Source: the human T2T-CHM13v2.0 reference genome, Homo sapiens
Assembly: GCA_009914755.4 (NCBI GenBank)
Contig: CP086569.2
Coordinates: forward strand, 9,824,001-9,888,000
Direction: 5' to 3'
Length of the DNA: 64,000 bases
The notes under the pieces are model-generated. The model did not search any database. It was given only the letters and a program-made list of their open reading frames with translations, and had not been told where the DNA came from. This document shows, in pieces, positions 35,355 through 50,396 of the stretch. Position 1 is the first letter of the stretch. Every line of letters starts with the position of its first letter. A program made the translations under genes and the position numbers.

Positions 35355-38300
35355 GTCTCTCCCCGATGTTGAGTTGAGTATGATGGAGCATCACACTTTA
35401 CCGAAAGCAGCAGAACTCCTAAAAAGTTACTACAGTATGCAGGATGTCAGTATTCAGCATGGTCTTATGCACAGGAACTAAAGGAAAAACAGATCGAGTC
35501 ACAGAAAATCAGACAGGAAGAGGGGGTAAACTTGGATTGTATGGAATGAAAAATAAACATTCTCAAGGATATGTGACTCTGTGTTTGTGTGTGTTTCTCT
35601 GTTTGGGTGTGTGTATGTGTGTGTATATTTATCCCCTGGATCCGGGTGTCATAATGAATTGATCAATCCATGTGCATTATTCTCTTCATGGAAATAACCA
35701 GTCTGTGTTGGAGCTGGGCCTCTAAAGTTGTAGAGTGAATAGGTGTGGAATGTGTTGAGATTCTTCCTACAGGACAGAGTTGGGGAGGTAAAAGCAAAAG
35801 ACAGCTTAGTTGGAGGCTTACTTCGTCCTATGGAAGCAGAGGTAGTTCAAGGAAAGGGGTCAATAGGCACTAAGGTTTCCAGGGCCCAGTTTGCTGGGAC
35901 CTCCAAAATCCTTCATTTTGGTATCATCATACCCAATAGATAGCACAGGATGATAGAAATCTTAAAGTTCAATTTCGTGTTGAATTCACATGTTCTCCTT
36001 TTAAAGGTGAATGCATAATCCTTTTCTGGGACAATCAGCCTCTCAGGACTTCTCAGACATCAACTTGAGAAGAAATGGGCATGTAACCTGTATGGAGGCA
36101 CTGTGGGAAAGGTGACAGAGGCATGTGGGAAGGCATTCAGGATACTGGCATAGATGACTAAGGGAAAATGCAAACTTACAGAAGTGAGGGAAAAGGGGGA
36201 GGATTTGTGGAATATAAGATTGCTGGAGGATCCACACATGGACTCTCTTGTCACTTGATGACCAGGATATGGACACTCTTGTTGATGTTTATATCTTTAG
36301 TTGTTTTAAGCTTTTCTCCAAGATTCTATGTTAAGTGAGGAGCCAATAATGTATGTAGCTAACAACATTATGAGTGCATTTTGTGCTCTTGCACATTCTA
36401 GTGAGGCTCTATTCTCCCTAGTGATGGGCACTGCAGATTATTTCTAGAGCCAGGACCCTTTTATTTTCTTTGGCCTTTTCAGCATACTTTGCCTAAGATT
36501 AATAATATAAAGAGAATATAGTTGCAGAGTATGTGTTGCAAGCCTCACACAGGAGGACAAAACATACAGTGTTCATTCTCGAGTGGGTGGCTGCTTCCCA
36601 GGGACACCTGTGTCTATGCACAAGATAAGGGGTTGCCTCTATCATAGAAGGGGGAGGAGGATTTCATTGTTGGGCACAGAACTTTCTTCCCTGTTCCCAG
36701 ATAAAACAGTTCCAACATGAGCATCCATGTTGGCCACACACTAATAGAGTGCTAACATTCCTGTCCTCTACAGACTCTGGTCAGCACAGCTCCTGAGAGA
36801 AGAGCTGTGTTGTTTCAGGGAAGGGTGTTTGACAGTCAAAGTTCATGAATCTGTTGTGCTGCCTTCAAAAAGCATTCCACACCTCCTGCTCGGTATCAGC
36901 AGTTGAGCTTTGAAAATCTATAGCCCAGTTTTGCCCCTGCTCCTATGCAAAGAGCTGAGGCTCTCCAGCAGGAGTCTTGTCCTCCTCTGACTACTGTCCC
37001 CATGTCCCACAAACACAGGAGAAACGGGTTTCCTCAGCAAATTATTATGAAAACAGTTGGAACCCTTTGGCCCCCGCAAGCTGCCATTATCTTACTGTGT
37101 GCTGGTCAAAGGCACTGTGGTCCAGTACAGTACCCCTATAGTGGAATGGGGCAACAGATTGGTGTGTGCACTCAGGGCAACTCAGATTAGGAAACATCTG
37201 GGGACTTGCCTATAATGAGGTCGTCTGAAAAGGTCTTGCCCCAAATTTAATGCATAGGAAAAAGTTGAGGAAAGGGTCTTGCAATTATTTTTCTAGGAGG
37301 TAAATAGAAAAGAAAAATACCGTAAATAGATGCCAGGGCTAGTTTTGGAGCTAGACTGTTTTAAAGTGGTACGGGAAGCACTTTTTCCAAGGCAGGCAGC
37401 AAACCAGGAACTGTCTACAATGGATGGGCATGCCATGAGTTGCTGGCTCAGCCATATTGACACCCCAGTAAGTGAATGCAGCAGACTGGGCTTCTTCCTC
37501 CATTCCTACATACAATTCAGTCTAGTGATTTCACATGAGAACCCTTCTTTTGGTATTATCAGAGATGGTGCTGAATTATACAGGCTGTCTAATGATTCTT
37601 CCACTGCATGTTCATGCACATGGGCCGCAGATACTAAGGTCACTGACAAATTTGTATTCTGCCTCAGTAACTCTGAAACACCTGTGTTATTTCTAGTGTC
37701 AGGGTCTTGGTGTTTTTTCATGTTTAAACTACCACGTGTGTGTTTGTAGTTGTGTATGTTTATTTTTCTGTGTGGGTTTATATGTTTTCTCTGACTCCAC
37801 CTATGTCTCTGTCTACCCAATAGGTTTCCACACTACTTGTAGTAATTTTACATGCCTATCTCTACAACCGTGCTGGACTTTGTATCTGTGTCTTTGAACA
37901 TCGATCACTCTCTGTCCCTTCCTTTTTTTCCTTTCTTTCCTTTACACCCCTCCTTTCTTCCTTCCCCACCACACGCTTTCCATCTGTATCATCTGTCTTT
38001 TTATTCTCTATCTAAATTCAGTTTGTAATTCTGAATCTGTTATCAGTGGCATCAGATTATCATTTTAATGTCTGGATGAAATTCCTCTTTCAAAGACTCT
38101 CAGCTGAAGGATATGAGTTCTTTTTTTGAGCCACAATGAAGGGTTTATTTCTGGCCGATCTAGCAATGACTGTTAAAAAAAATACTGGGCATGACAGGAA
38201 AGCCAAAAATCACACGGATTCCACTCATCCCACTCAGTGTATCCAAAAGGTGGAAAAGTGAAAAAGTGGGTGATTCCTGTGGTCTCCAAAGCAGAATGAG

Positions 38301-38914
38301 AACTTTCAAGTGATTGTGTCAGATCATTTTCCAGGAGGCAGCTGTAGTTCGTAGATACATGCTGTGTAAACACAAGCACAATGATGAAACCAATAAAATG
38401 TTCTTCTCCCTCTGTTTTAATGTTATTTTATCTTTTTAACAAATATTATACATACATAATTTCTTCATGACATGTCATAAACTATTGTTTAATGAACTCA
38501 TACATGAGTTCTTCATTGTGTCAAAGAATGTCAAAGCATCATGATTCGTTATGACCTGCTACAGATAAGTGATAGGAAATAACAAAATGAGGGCATATAG
38601 AAAGGACAAATCATGATCTGAGAACTTCACCAAGAGGTTCAGGCTAGATGAATGTATGTCAGGGATTCAGAAAGAAACTTGCACTTGTTATTAAGGGCTA
38701 TGAATCCAAAAGAAGCACTCTTTGACATTTATGTCTTTTAACTCATTTGGGGAGTTTGGTGTGTTATTATTTACAGTGTTCTCTCTACCTTTTTTCATTA
38801 TTCTCCCCATCTGGGGCTGTTATTATGTGAAAGCTGTTTCCTAGGATTGCATAAGGTCTACTGATATTTCATTTATTTTGATTCTCCTCACACTACATAG
38901 TTTTAATTTACCTA

Positions 38915-39243
38915 ATGTGACGCTTTTTGTGTTCATTTCCTTAGAATGGGTCTTACTCTGTCTCCTAGGTTGAAGAGCAGCCCCATGATCTCTGCCCACT
39001 GTAGCCCAGACACCACACACCTATGTGATCCTCTCAACTTAGACTCTCACACACCTGGCAGTACAGGTGCATGCCACCCCTCCCAGCTATGTATTAATTA
39101 ATTAATTAATTAATTAATTACTTTTTGGATGTGGGCCCATGTTGCCCCAGGCTCATCTGGAACTCCTGAGTGCAGGCAATCCTCCCACCTCAGCCTCTCA
39201 AAATGCTGGGATTACAGGTGTGACCCATGGCCCGGCCATGGCT
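38915..39243 (-). mobile_element. Old Alu (AluJ-like), unit-2 copy, followed by a (TTAA)n tract at 39095..39118
   Basis: Collinear with 18105..18425. Confidence 0.5.
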
Positions 39244-39654
39244 TTGTGTTTTTTGCTTTTTATTCCTCCTCCTCACGTCTTCTATTGAAACATGCAGTGA
39301 AGGTTTCAATTCATGGACTATAGTCTCCGCGCCTGTAATTTCTATCTTTCAACTCATCATCGGCCTTCACTGGGATTTTCATATATATGTATATACATGT
39401 ACACATATATTTTTTTCTTAACTTACCAAACGACGTCGCATTCTTTCCTGTATCATGAAAAAGACTTTGATAGAAAAGAAAAGCACTGCTTTATAATAAA
39501 ATACTTTATTGACATTTATTCTCTTGAGGAATTTTAAAAATTGTTTATTTTTTAAAATGGCGTATGAAAAGATACATGTTTATAACTTACGGGGTGATGT
39601 TCCAAAGGTCATATACATTATGCAGTGGATGCATTCAGCTAATCAACATAAGCA

Positions 39655-41225
39655 TGACCTCACATACTTGTCATTTTTGTTGTGAAAAAACTGACAAGCA
39701 CTGTCTTCGAATTTTTTAGAGAAAGAATATATTATCCCTAGTTATAGTCAGCATGCTGAAGAAAATGTTTTTAACCTATTCCTCCTTTCTAACTAGAAAT
39801 ATGTATTTTTGATACAGCATCTCCTCAGTGCACCCTCTTCACCCCAACCATTGGAGTCACTACCTCTGTGAGGTCTGCTTTTTATATTTCATATAAGGAT
39901 GAGGTCATGTGCTATTTGCCTTTCTGATACATGGCTTATGTCACTTAACAAAATGGCATGCACACATTCAGCATATTCACACACATTGTCACAACTGGCA
40001 GGATTTCCTTTTTTATTACTGCAGTGCATTTTTCCGTTGTGCATATGTGTTTTTGCCCCATTTTTTTAATCCACTCATCAATCGAGGGACTCTCAGGTTG
40101 CTTCTGTATTTTGGCTATAGCAAAAATGTAAAGAGTGCAGCAATAATTGCATCGGTGCATGCACCGCTTCAACATACTGATATGTGTATTTGTGGGTGTG
40201 CCCCAGAATTCTGATTTGCTGGATCATATGGTGGGTGGTTCTACTTGTAGATTTCTGAATACTGTTTATACTTAAATAAAAGCCATAAAGCTTCTTGTAA
40301 TGCCTGCACTACTTTACATTCTCACCAAAAGTGAGCAATGATTTCCTTTTCTCTGCATCCTCACTAGAAATGAGCATTTTTGTTTGTTTGTTTGTTTGTT
40401 TTGTCTTTTGGATAATAGGCATTCTGACTGAAATGAGAAGAAATCTCACTCTGTTTTTGATTTGCATTTTCCTGAAGGATTAGGACTTTTTAGTGTGTCT
40501 TCTGGGCAACTGTATGTCTTCGTTTTACAAATGAGTATTCACAGCCTTAGCCCATTGGTTTTCATGCTATTGATTTGTTGGGAGTTCCTTATGTACTGTG
40601 AATATTCACCAGTTAGCAGATGCATGGTGATCCAATCATTCCTCCCATCCTGTAGGATGTCCCTGTCTGTTTAGTTTTCTGTGGTGTGTGGAAGCACTTT
40701 AGTTTGATATGATTCCGTTCTCTATTTTTGATGGTGTTTACTGTGCTCTCGCAGTCACTTTGAGACCATCATTGCCCACAGGGTTGCCGTGGAGCTTCTT
40801 CCTTGTGATTTCTCCTAGTATTTTTATCGTTTCAAGTCTGACATTGGAGTTTGGTGAGAAATAATCCACTTGTAAAATGCTTTATGTGGATACTCAGGTT
40901 TTCCCCAGCCTAGTTTATAGAAGATACTTGATTTTGCACTGGGTATTCTTGCTTCTTTGGGAAAAGGCTGTGAGCTGCAAATGCAGTGACTTAGTTCTGG
41001 GCTCCTATTGTTTCTCATAAGCTCGAGTCTTCCCTTTTCTGCCAGTGCTATTCTATTTTGGTACGTAAAGCTTTGTAGTAGATCATGAAGTTAGGCAGTG
41101 TGATGCCTCCAGCTTTGTGCTTTTTACTGGTTTGCTCTGGGTTTTCAGGATCTTCTGCCATTTCATAGCAAATTTAGGATTCTCAGATTGTTTTTCTAAG
41201 AATGGGTCATTGATATTTTTACAGG
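39655..41225 (-). mobile_element. Old L1 ORF2 C-terminal fragment (antisense) spanning the unit 2/3 boundary
   Basis: Collinear with 18950..20566. Confidence 0.5.
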
Positions 41226-41329
41226 GGTTGTATAGAATCTGAAGATCACTTAGGTAGTACTGATGTCAGTGCCATTTAGACAATGTGTGTGTATGCACAT
41301 GCACAGGGCCAAGAGACACTGGGTGTCCT

Positions 41330-42750
41330 CACCAATAGTGAGGTGCGCCTTAATGTCCAGACAGATTGCCTTCCTGGAAGCACTCGGAAGGTCCCCTTCC
41401 TTCTTGCTGTCTCTTCACATTTCCTCCCCTGTGAGCCCTCTGTGGTCCTCCAGATTCCCTGTCTTTTTGGGGGGTGGAGAGTTGCTGAGTTTGGCCTGCC
41501 TTTTTTAGGGGCGGGGAGTTGCTGGCTGAATGAGGATGGCAGAGGGAAACGAGCATGTCAGAGGAGACTGGCATCATCCAAACGGAACTTGGCAGCCCTG
41601 GGAGAGTCATTCTGGGAGGATGCAGACCTAGAGAGGCCTCAGGTGGGCATCTGTGTGGAGGGTGAGAGAGCCCTGGTTGAGTCCAAGCTGAACCCCAGGT
41701 AGTAAGTAGCAAGTCTCAGGACAAGGAAGGGAGCTAGCAAGGGCTGATGAGGCAGCTATCTCTTGATCCTGGCTTCTCACCCATTGACCTTAGCTACTTA
41801 TGTCTATTAAGCAGATTAGGGTTCCCCCATCCTGAAACGTGGGTACTACAGTTCCCTGGTGGGCCTTTCTCCACCAGCCTATGATGGCCTAAGTTTGCTT
41901 ACTGCAGTCTCCTCCTTGAGCCTTGGCTTCTCTATGTGTGTCCTACCTCCAAGACCCACAGGCCTCTCAACCCCCAGCCCTGGGCTGCTTCCCTGGCCTC
42001 TTCTCTGTTCCCTCTCTGAGGGCCTAACTCCCTTGGGTAGTGCTGCAGAATATAGAGCCACAGGCCCTGGCTGATGATCTGGTGGACTGGGCAAATTGGT
42101 CATGACAGGTCAGGTTCTGGTTCAAAGCCAATTCCTCTGATGCCAAGGAATGTCGAAGAAGGTCCTTTGCCATGATGCCCCATAGCTGCCCCACCTCAGC
42201 AATCGTGCCGTACCCTGGGCAGTCACAGTCAGCCAATCAGCTGAAGAAGCTCAGTTAGGTAGTGACCTGCGGGAAACTCGGGCTTTCACCTGCATGACCC
42301 TAGAACCACTGGACTGCAGTGGAGCCAGTCGCCCTGTATCCTGGAGAGAGAGGAGTCAGCAAGGCTCACGCCAGGCACGGCTTCCTGCATACTGTCCCCT
42401 CTAACATGCCGGGAGGCACTCCTCATTGAGGATACCAATGCAATACTCCTTACTGATCACTTCATTGCGGAAGTAAACGTTGTGATGAAAGGCAAACTTC
42501 TTCCTGACACTTGTACTCAGGATAGTTGAGTTCCTTCACCTGCCTGTCCAAGAGGGAGAAAGAGGACAGTCAAGGGATAATTTCATCTAGGTGGGCTGAT
42601 GTGGCCTTGTAGCTGGGGTGAAGCATGCGTTTCCACTTCCCAGCTCTCGCACTGAGACACCACTGAGCCCCAGGAGAACCTCAACCTGACCAGGACCTTA
42701 GCACCCTCCTCCAGACCCAGGCTTCCCATCCTGACTTGCCAATCCAACAT
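41330..42750 (-). pseudogene. TSPY-like exon 2-5 fragment, unit-3 copy. It has a ~45-bp tandem duplication near 41455..41530.
   Basis: Collinear with 341..1740. The 70-aa minus-strand ORF 42024..42236 is nearly identical to 1003..1215. Confidence 0.5.
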
Positions 42751-44839
42751 GTAGATTTGCAGGACTTCCTCATGGTTTCTGAGCTACTTGCTGTCATCAG
42801 AAATGATCATAACTTTTAAACTGTTGTTTATGCCAACCTAAATTTTTCATTTTTACTACCTCATGTTTTGGATGAGGCATGTATTTTTAAATTTATTTTC
42901 ACCCTTATTGTACCTCTGTGATAAACTGCTTACTTACATTCATACCATAATTTTCTTTCACTTTTACTTCTCTGTTCCTAAAGATTCACTGAAACTAAGA
43001 ATTCTATTTACGCTTGTATCTTTCAGCAACCATATGTCAGATAACAGTGCACATTACTGCAGAAATCACATATACAGGTCCAAAGGGAGATGACGAAGAA
43101 GAAAGCAAGCTTTAAAGTCTATACATTCCTAACACTGTATCAGAAACTCACAAATAACAATGAAATCAAAGAATGATCACAGCCAATTCCATTTCATACC
43201 TAGACTGAAATATAAAACTTCAAAAGAAAAGAAAGTTAAGAACTTTGGGTTTGTAAAAATTTTCCTATATAGATAAAATTATTGGTAACTTTGTCTCACT
43301 AGAAAACATAAACAAAAATCCACATTTTTCATATGTGTAAATATACATATTTTTATTTCCATCAGTTATGACATGCAAGCAAGTAATAAAGTGAAAATAC
43401 AATAAAATGATATATGGAACTTCCTCAGTCTCAAAATATTACATTGAGACTATTAATTTTATGAAAACCATAAAGAATGCTTCATGAAATTATATTATAC
43501 GTACTTTTTAGTATTTTACTTACATTTTAAATAATCAACAATTAAAGGGAATTTTTCAACATTATTGATTATGAATACCAATATTTTCCTTGAGTAATCC
43601 TGTTGAAATTAACTATTTTAAATAAAACATTAAAAAGAAAGTATATTAAATGATTTCAGCTTTTGATGAAGTCATACACCTGTAATTGTAGTAAGGTGAA
43701 GTATAACTTTCTCCTCATGATTAATCTTTTATAACACCAGTGTAGTTGTTTTCTCTGACACCAACATTGTGATATCTCAGGGCTTTACTGTATCCATACA
43801 TTACATGCCTCCAGAGAGTAGGCTTCAAACATAATGAAAAATTATATTTGTGACAAAATTGTTGGAAAGGGAATGGTAAAATGGGAGAATAATTTCTAAC
43901 TTTCTGACTGTTGGTCAATGGAATTATATATATTTAGATACAGACACGTATTTGCACACTGTAAGTTTGCCCTTGTACATATACATTTATATGAGATACC
44001 CATAATATATGGGTTGTGTAATCTTTTAATTAATCCACAATTGTATATGTGTGAAATTGGATAAGCAGTTACTGTTTCTTTACTCAATTTGATGGAAAGC
44101 CAAAAAAACTCTGTCAACATTCATTTCAATTAATCCAATACTGTTAACTACTGCTAGCTTCATTCTCCTTGTTCTCTTTTGTCAATCTGAAAGTTAATTC
44201 TCACTCTAATTCAACTCTCAGGGTGCGATCCACAAAAGACTTTCATCTTGCTGTCGATTGTGACCTCTAACTCCACCTCTTTCTTCCTATAGCAGTCCTA
44301 CCTTTGCATATGTAGTAAACTTTGTACATAGTTAAAAGGATAAAAGTTCAGTGAAATGTCAAGTCATACTGTGAAATGTTCCATTGTTTCTATATCTCTA
44401 ATTGTCCTTTCATGTTATAGAGGTAAGAAAAAAAATTCAATGTTTTTCTTAGTATCCAGTCTAATGCACTCTTTCTTCATAATATGCCAAACCCATCCCT
44501 TCAAGACATTGACATCTAAACATGGGTGAACATCTCAAAATCTCTTCTCATTAATAACCATTATGTTAATCACTATTGCCCACAACTGGAATCTGACTGT
44601 TAAATCCCCCAGTGGAAATTGCTGTAATGGCTCAAACTACTGGAATGTCTATTTTTTTACCTGAAAATATCTGATGAGCATATACATATGCTATGTAAAT
44701 GAACATATTGTATATTAACAACATACCTTCACTAATAATAGGTATCCCAAACCTTTGAGCCAAACTGAGCTCAGATGCTCCCACAAACCAAGCTTTTTCC
44801 TGCACAGATTTCTTTTTATGTCAAAAAACCACAACTCCA

Positions 44840-45495
<656 letters not shown>

Positions 45496-45589
45496 ATTAG
45501 AAAAATAATACCCACTGCAAAAGTTTGCCACAGAAAAGATTAAACATTTCACCAACTTCTACCTTCTATAACGGAAGCCAAAGTTATTT

Positions 45590-45955
45590 GGACCAACCCT
45601 CCTGTATTAGTTCATTTTCATGCTGCTGATAAAGACATACTTGAAACTGGGAAGAAAAGGAGGTTTAATTGGACTTACAGTTCCACATGGCTGGGGAGGC
45701 CTCAGAATCATGGTATGCGAATAAAGGCACTTCTTACATGGCAATGCCAAGAGAGAATGAAGAAGAACTTAAAGCGGAAACCCCTGAAAAACCCATCAGA
45801 TCTCGTGAGACTTCTTCACTATCACAAGAACAGCATGAGAAAGACCAACCCCCGTCGTTCAATTACCTCCCCCTAGGTCCTACCTGCAACATGTGGGAAT
45901 TCTGGGAGATACAATTGAAGTTGAGATTTGAATGGAGACACACCAAACCATGTCA
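45590..45955 (-). mobile_element. MaLR THE1/MST-like LTR, unit-3 copy
   Basis: Collinear with 4535..4917. Confidence 0.6.
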
Positions 45956-47731
45956 CTTCCCAAACAATTAAAAATTCCCAATAGAAGAAGCATTAATTAT
46001 ATCAAAAAGTGGTGGACCAAGAAGGAACTATTAGCCTCATATCTCAAGAAAGACTCCAGTCAAGGCCTAGGGACTACTCATGAAAAGAGTTTAATAGCCG
46101 ACTCTCTCCCAGTGGATCTGGATTCCACCGGACTGTATCTTCACAGTAAGGGTGAAAGAGAAGCAAACCCATTCCTATTTCCAAGCTCAAGGAACTTTGG
46201 TCAAAGTTCTCTTGGAGCTGAGCAGAACAAGGAGGCAAACAGAAACAATTTGTGTCCCTGAGAAGTCATGGCCACAGGCTGGCTATCACACAGATTGTCA
46301 AGCCAGTTCCATATTGCATGGGTATTACAGAAAATCTCAAAACATAAATTTGTGTGTGTGTTGTCCCAGAGTAGCAGGATCTGGCAGAAGGAAATTTCCT
46401 TCTAACCCTCAAAGAATCCACATAAATCTTGTTACATTTGGGATTTTACCATTTGCTTCATGAATGATAATGGACTTTAGTTTTCATATCTTTTTATCCA
46501 CTCAGTTTATGTCTTGTTGGCATCAAAGTTCTGCTTGCCTCACACAATGAGTTTAGGATTTTCCCTTTTTCATTCTATAGAATTCTTCATATATATTGAA
46601 ATGCTCTGCCTGGGGAAAAAATCTGAGCCTAGTGTTTTATCTCTAGGAACAATCCTTTATTTCCTTGAACATGTATGAGATAATTCAGATTACATATGCC
46701 TTCTTGTATCAATTTTACTAAGCTATAAATTTATAAAATTCTATTTGGTCTAAGTTTTCAAATTTGTATCATAAAGTTTTAATCATATTTCCTTATTAGC
46801 TTCTTAATCTCTACTGTATCTATGCTTATGTATTTTTTAAATTCTTCATTTTATTTGTGCTTTTCTCTTTTTTTCTAACCTTGCCTGCGGTTTGCACCAT
46901 TTATTACATTTTTCCAACAACCAAAGGTTGGCTTTGTATGTTTTACTAATTTTCTCTACATCATTATCCCCTCACTTTAGTTTTTCAGAATTGATTCTGT
47001 TGTTTCTGTTCTAATTCTTTCTTTAAATATCTAGTACATTAATTTTCAAGTTGTAGAAACATTTGTCTATGAACTCCTATTGCAATATCACTTTTCCTGC
47101 TACCCACAAATTTAATCTGTAATATTTGCAGTACCATTAATTTCTATTATGAATTTATATTATGATAATCCATGAGTTGCTGAGAAATAGCTGTTATAAT
47201 TTTGTTGTTCAATTCCCATTTAATTTTATTTTAACTTGTGCTAACTCAGTTGAAAATTCTTTACTAATTTTTTAAATCTCATATCAAGACTTTTATTCAC
47301 ATCAATTGTTCTATAAATGCTCCCTCCTTGAAGAACACTCTCTTGTAGGCTGCTTCTCTGCAACAGTCTTGACTGGTTGCCTTCTAGGCCTGATTCAATT
47401 GTCTCATCCTAGGAATTTCATTCACTACGCTTTTAAGAATTTATTTCTCTTTTGTTGTGTCTCTTATTTTCTGCATTTCAGAATCTTTGTCTGTCTTGGT
47501 TTACTTCTTCCTTCTGGTTGGAAGAAATCTCTAGTAGTTTCTTGAGAAAAGTTTCACAGGGAGACAAAATTTCAGAGTTGTCATATTTCTGAGAAATGTA
47601 TGTTTTCTCCTTGTACATTTGATTTTAGTCTATGTGGAAATAACAATGTATATCAGAAATCATTTTCTTTTAGAATTTTCAAATCAGAACTCCGTAATTC
47701 ATTGCCTTCTGCTTTATAGTGGTGGAGTTGA

Positions 47732-48050
<319 letters not shown>

Positions 48051-48728
48051 AATGTTGAAAATTTTTAAATCATCTGATTCCTCATCCTTTGTACCTGACC
48101 TATTTTTACCTCTCTGGAAACTTACACAATTTTCTCTTTGTTCTCAGTGTTCCCAAATTTTACATTGATATATCTTGACATGAGTCTATTTTCATCTATT
48201 TTGCTAGGTGTTCACCTTTTAATCTATAAATAAGCATCCTGAAGTTCTGAGACTTTTTAATTATTTTGCCAACAATTTATTCCCCTTTGTTTTACTTATT
48301 TATTTTATTTCTATAACTCATATAATTAAAATAATTGGAAGAAATTATATTGGAGAAGAAGATAGCACCACACTGATTGTGTTTGTGTCAGACTATCACA
48401 GCTCAAGGTTGTCATGTTTTATTAAGGAGAAATGTTGTATTTCTTGGTATTCACATTGTAACCTGAAGAAGGGCAATGACTGTCAAAAATTTAAATGTAT
48501 GGGTAATAGTTAGAAGATGCAAGCACTGTATCCTCCAGAATTTTAGCATATGCAAACCTTTAAATTCCAGGCAAGTTGACTTAAGCTTCAACATTCTCCC
48601 AGCTAAAATGAATCCATTTGTGCTAATTTCTGTGATCAAAGGTGAATAAGACATTGTTTCTGCCTTCAGTGATAGCTCAATCCAAAGGGAGACAAATAGA
48701 AATGATGTAAAAAGAGAGATATGTAGTC

Positions 48729-49035
<307 letters not shown>

Positions 49036-49577
49036 CAGATACGTAAAGTGCTCTAAAAGCTGAGAAAAGGGACAGAATATCTGTGACAGGTAACTTGTTT
49101 GGGGCAGTTGGAAATACGGAGGTCTCAGTGTGTGCTTTCACTATGTCCCTAAAGGTGTTGAATGTGGAGTGCTCAAACCTCAAGCTTATAGCTTCATGAA
49201 GGAAAAATTATGTTAGAATGAGACAAAAAGCCCCTCAACCACTACATCAATTATTTTATTCCTGAATAACTTACAGCAGAATGTCAATCTTTAATGAGTA
49301 GAAATGCTTCTCAATCATACAAACAACTTAGATTCACCTGGGGAGTTAACAAAAAGCATCCCACATCTGAGATCTACCCTAGACCAATTATATCAGAATT
49401 TATGGGGATCAATGGATTCTGGATATGTGAGCTTTTGTAAGCTTGGCAGATAACTTTAATGTGCATTCAAAATTGAGAGCAACTATGTTAAGAACAATAA
49501 TCCATGACAGTAAGTTCCTATCTACTCATCTGCCCTTAATTATATTACACTGTTCTCATGCAGCATGATACAAGTAA

Positions 49578-49896
49578 AAATTATTATTATTATTACTATT
49601 ATTATTATTATTATTTTGAAATGGTGTCTAGCTCTGTTGCCCAGGCTGGAGTGCGTTGGCGCAACCTCAGCTCACTGAAACATCTGACTCCTGGGTTCAA
49701 GGGATTCTCCTGCCTCAGCCTCCCAAGTAGCTGGGATTACAGGCACCCACAAACATGCCCAGCTAATTTTTGTATTTTCAGTAGTGACGTGGTTTCACTG
49801 CATTGGCCAGGCTGGTCTCCAACTCCTGACTTCGTGACCCACCCACCTTGGCCTCCCAAAGTGCTGGGATTACAAGTTGAGCCACCGCACCCAGCC
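49578..49896 (-). mobile_element. (TTA)n microsatellite followed by an Alu (antisense)
   Basis: Reads (tta)12 and then 'gaaatggtgtctagctctgttgcccaggctggagtgcg...gattacaagttgagccaccgcacccagcc'. Confidence 0.85.
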
Positions 49897-49933
49897 AACA
49901 TTAATATTTTAAAATATTTAGAAATATATGTTG

Positions 49934-50232
49934 CAGGGCACAGTGGCTCAAGCCTGTAATCCCATCACTTTGAGAGGCCAAGGTGGGTGGGTCACTTGAA
50001 CTGAGGAGTTCAAGACCAGCTTGAAAATATGGTGAAACCCGGTGTCTACAAAAAATACAAAAAATTAGCCAGGACTGGTGGTGTGTGCCTGTGGTCCCAG
50101 CTACTCAGGAAGCTTAGGTGAGAGGATTGCTCAGGAGGATCACTTGAGCTCAGGAGGCTGAAGGTGCAGTGTGCAGAGATTGAGCCTCTGCATTCCAGTC
50201 CAGTCTGGGCAACAAACTGAGTCTCTGTCTCA
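49934..50232 (+). mobile_element. Alu
   Basis: Reads 'gcagggcacagtggctcaagcctgtaatcccatcactttgagaggccaaggtgggtgg...gggcaacaaactgagtctctgtctca'. Confidence 0.85.
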
Positions 50233-50239
50233 TATATGA

Positions 50240-50243
<4 letters not shown>

Positions 50244-50272
<29 letters not shown>

Positions 50273-50355
50273 CATATACATGTATATGTACATATACATG
50301 TATATGTACATATACACACACATATACATATATAGGAAAGAGTGAAACTCCCTCT

Positions 50356-50395
<40 letters not shown>
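50244..50395. repeat. Compound microsatellite: (TG)n, then a (TATACATGTA)-like tract, then (CA)n
   Basis: Reads gtgtgtgtgtgtgtgtgtgt, then atacatgtatatgtacatatacatgtatatgtac, then cacacacacacacacacacacaca. Confidence 0.9.

Positions 50396-50396
<1 letters not shown>

Larger units (their letters stand above)
20317..40999. repeat. DYZ5 / TSPY tandem repeat unit, copy 2 (20,683 bp; TSPY copy is a pseudogene)
   Basis: Collinear with unit 1 along its whole length. Identity ranges from ~99% in some stretches to ~90-95% in others. Confidence 0.9.
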
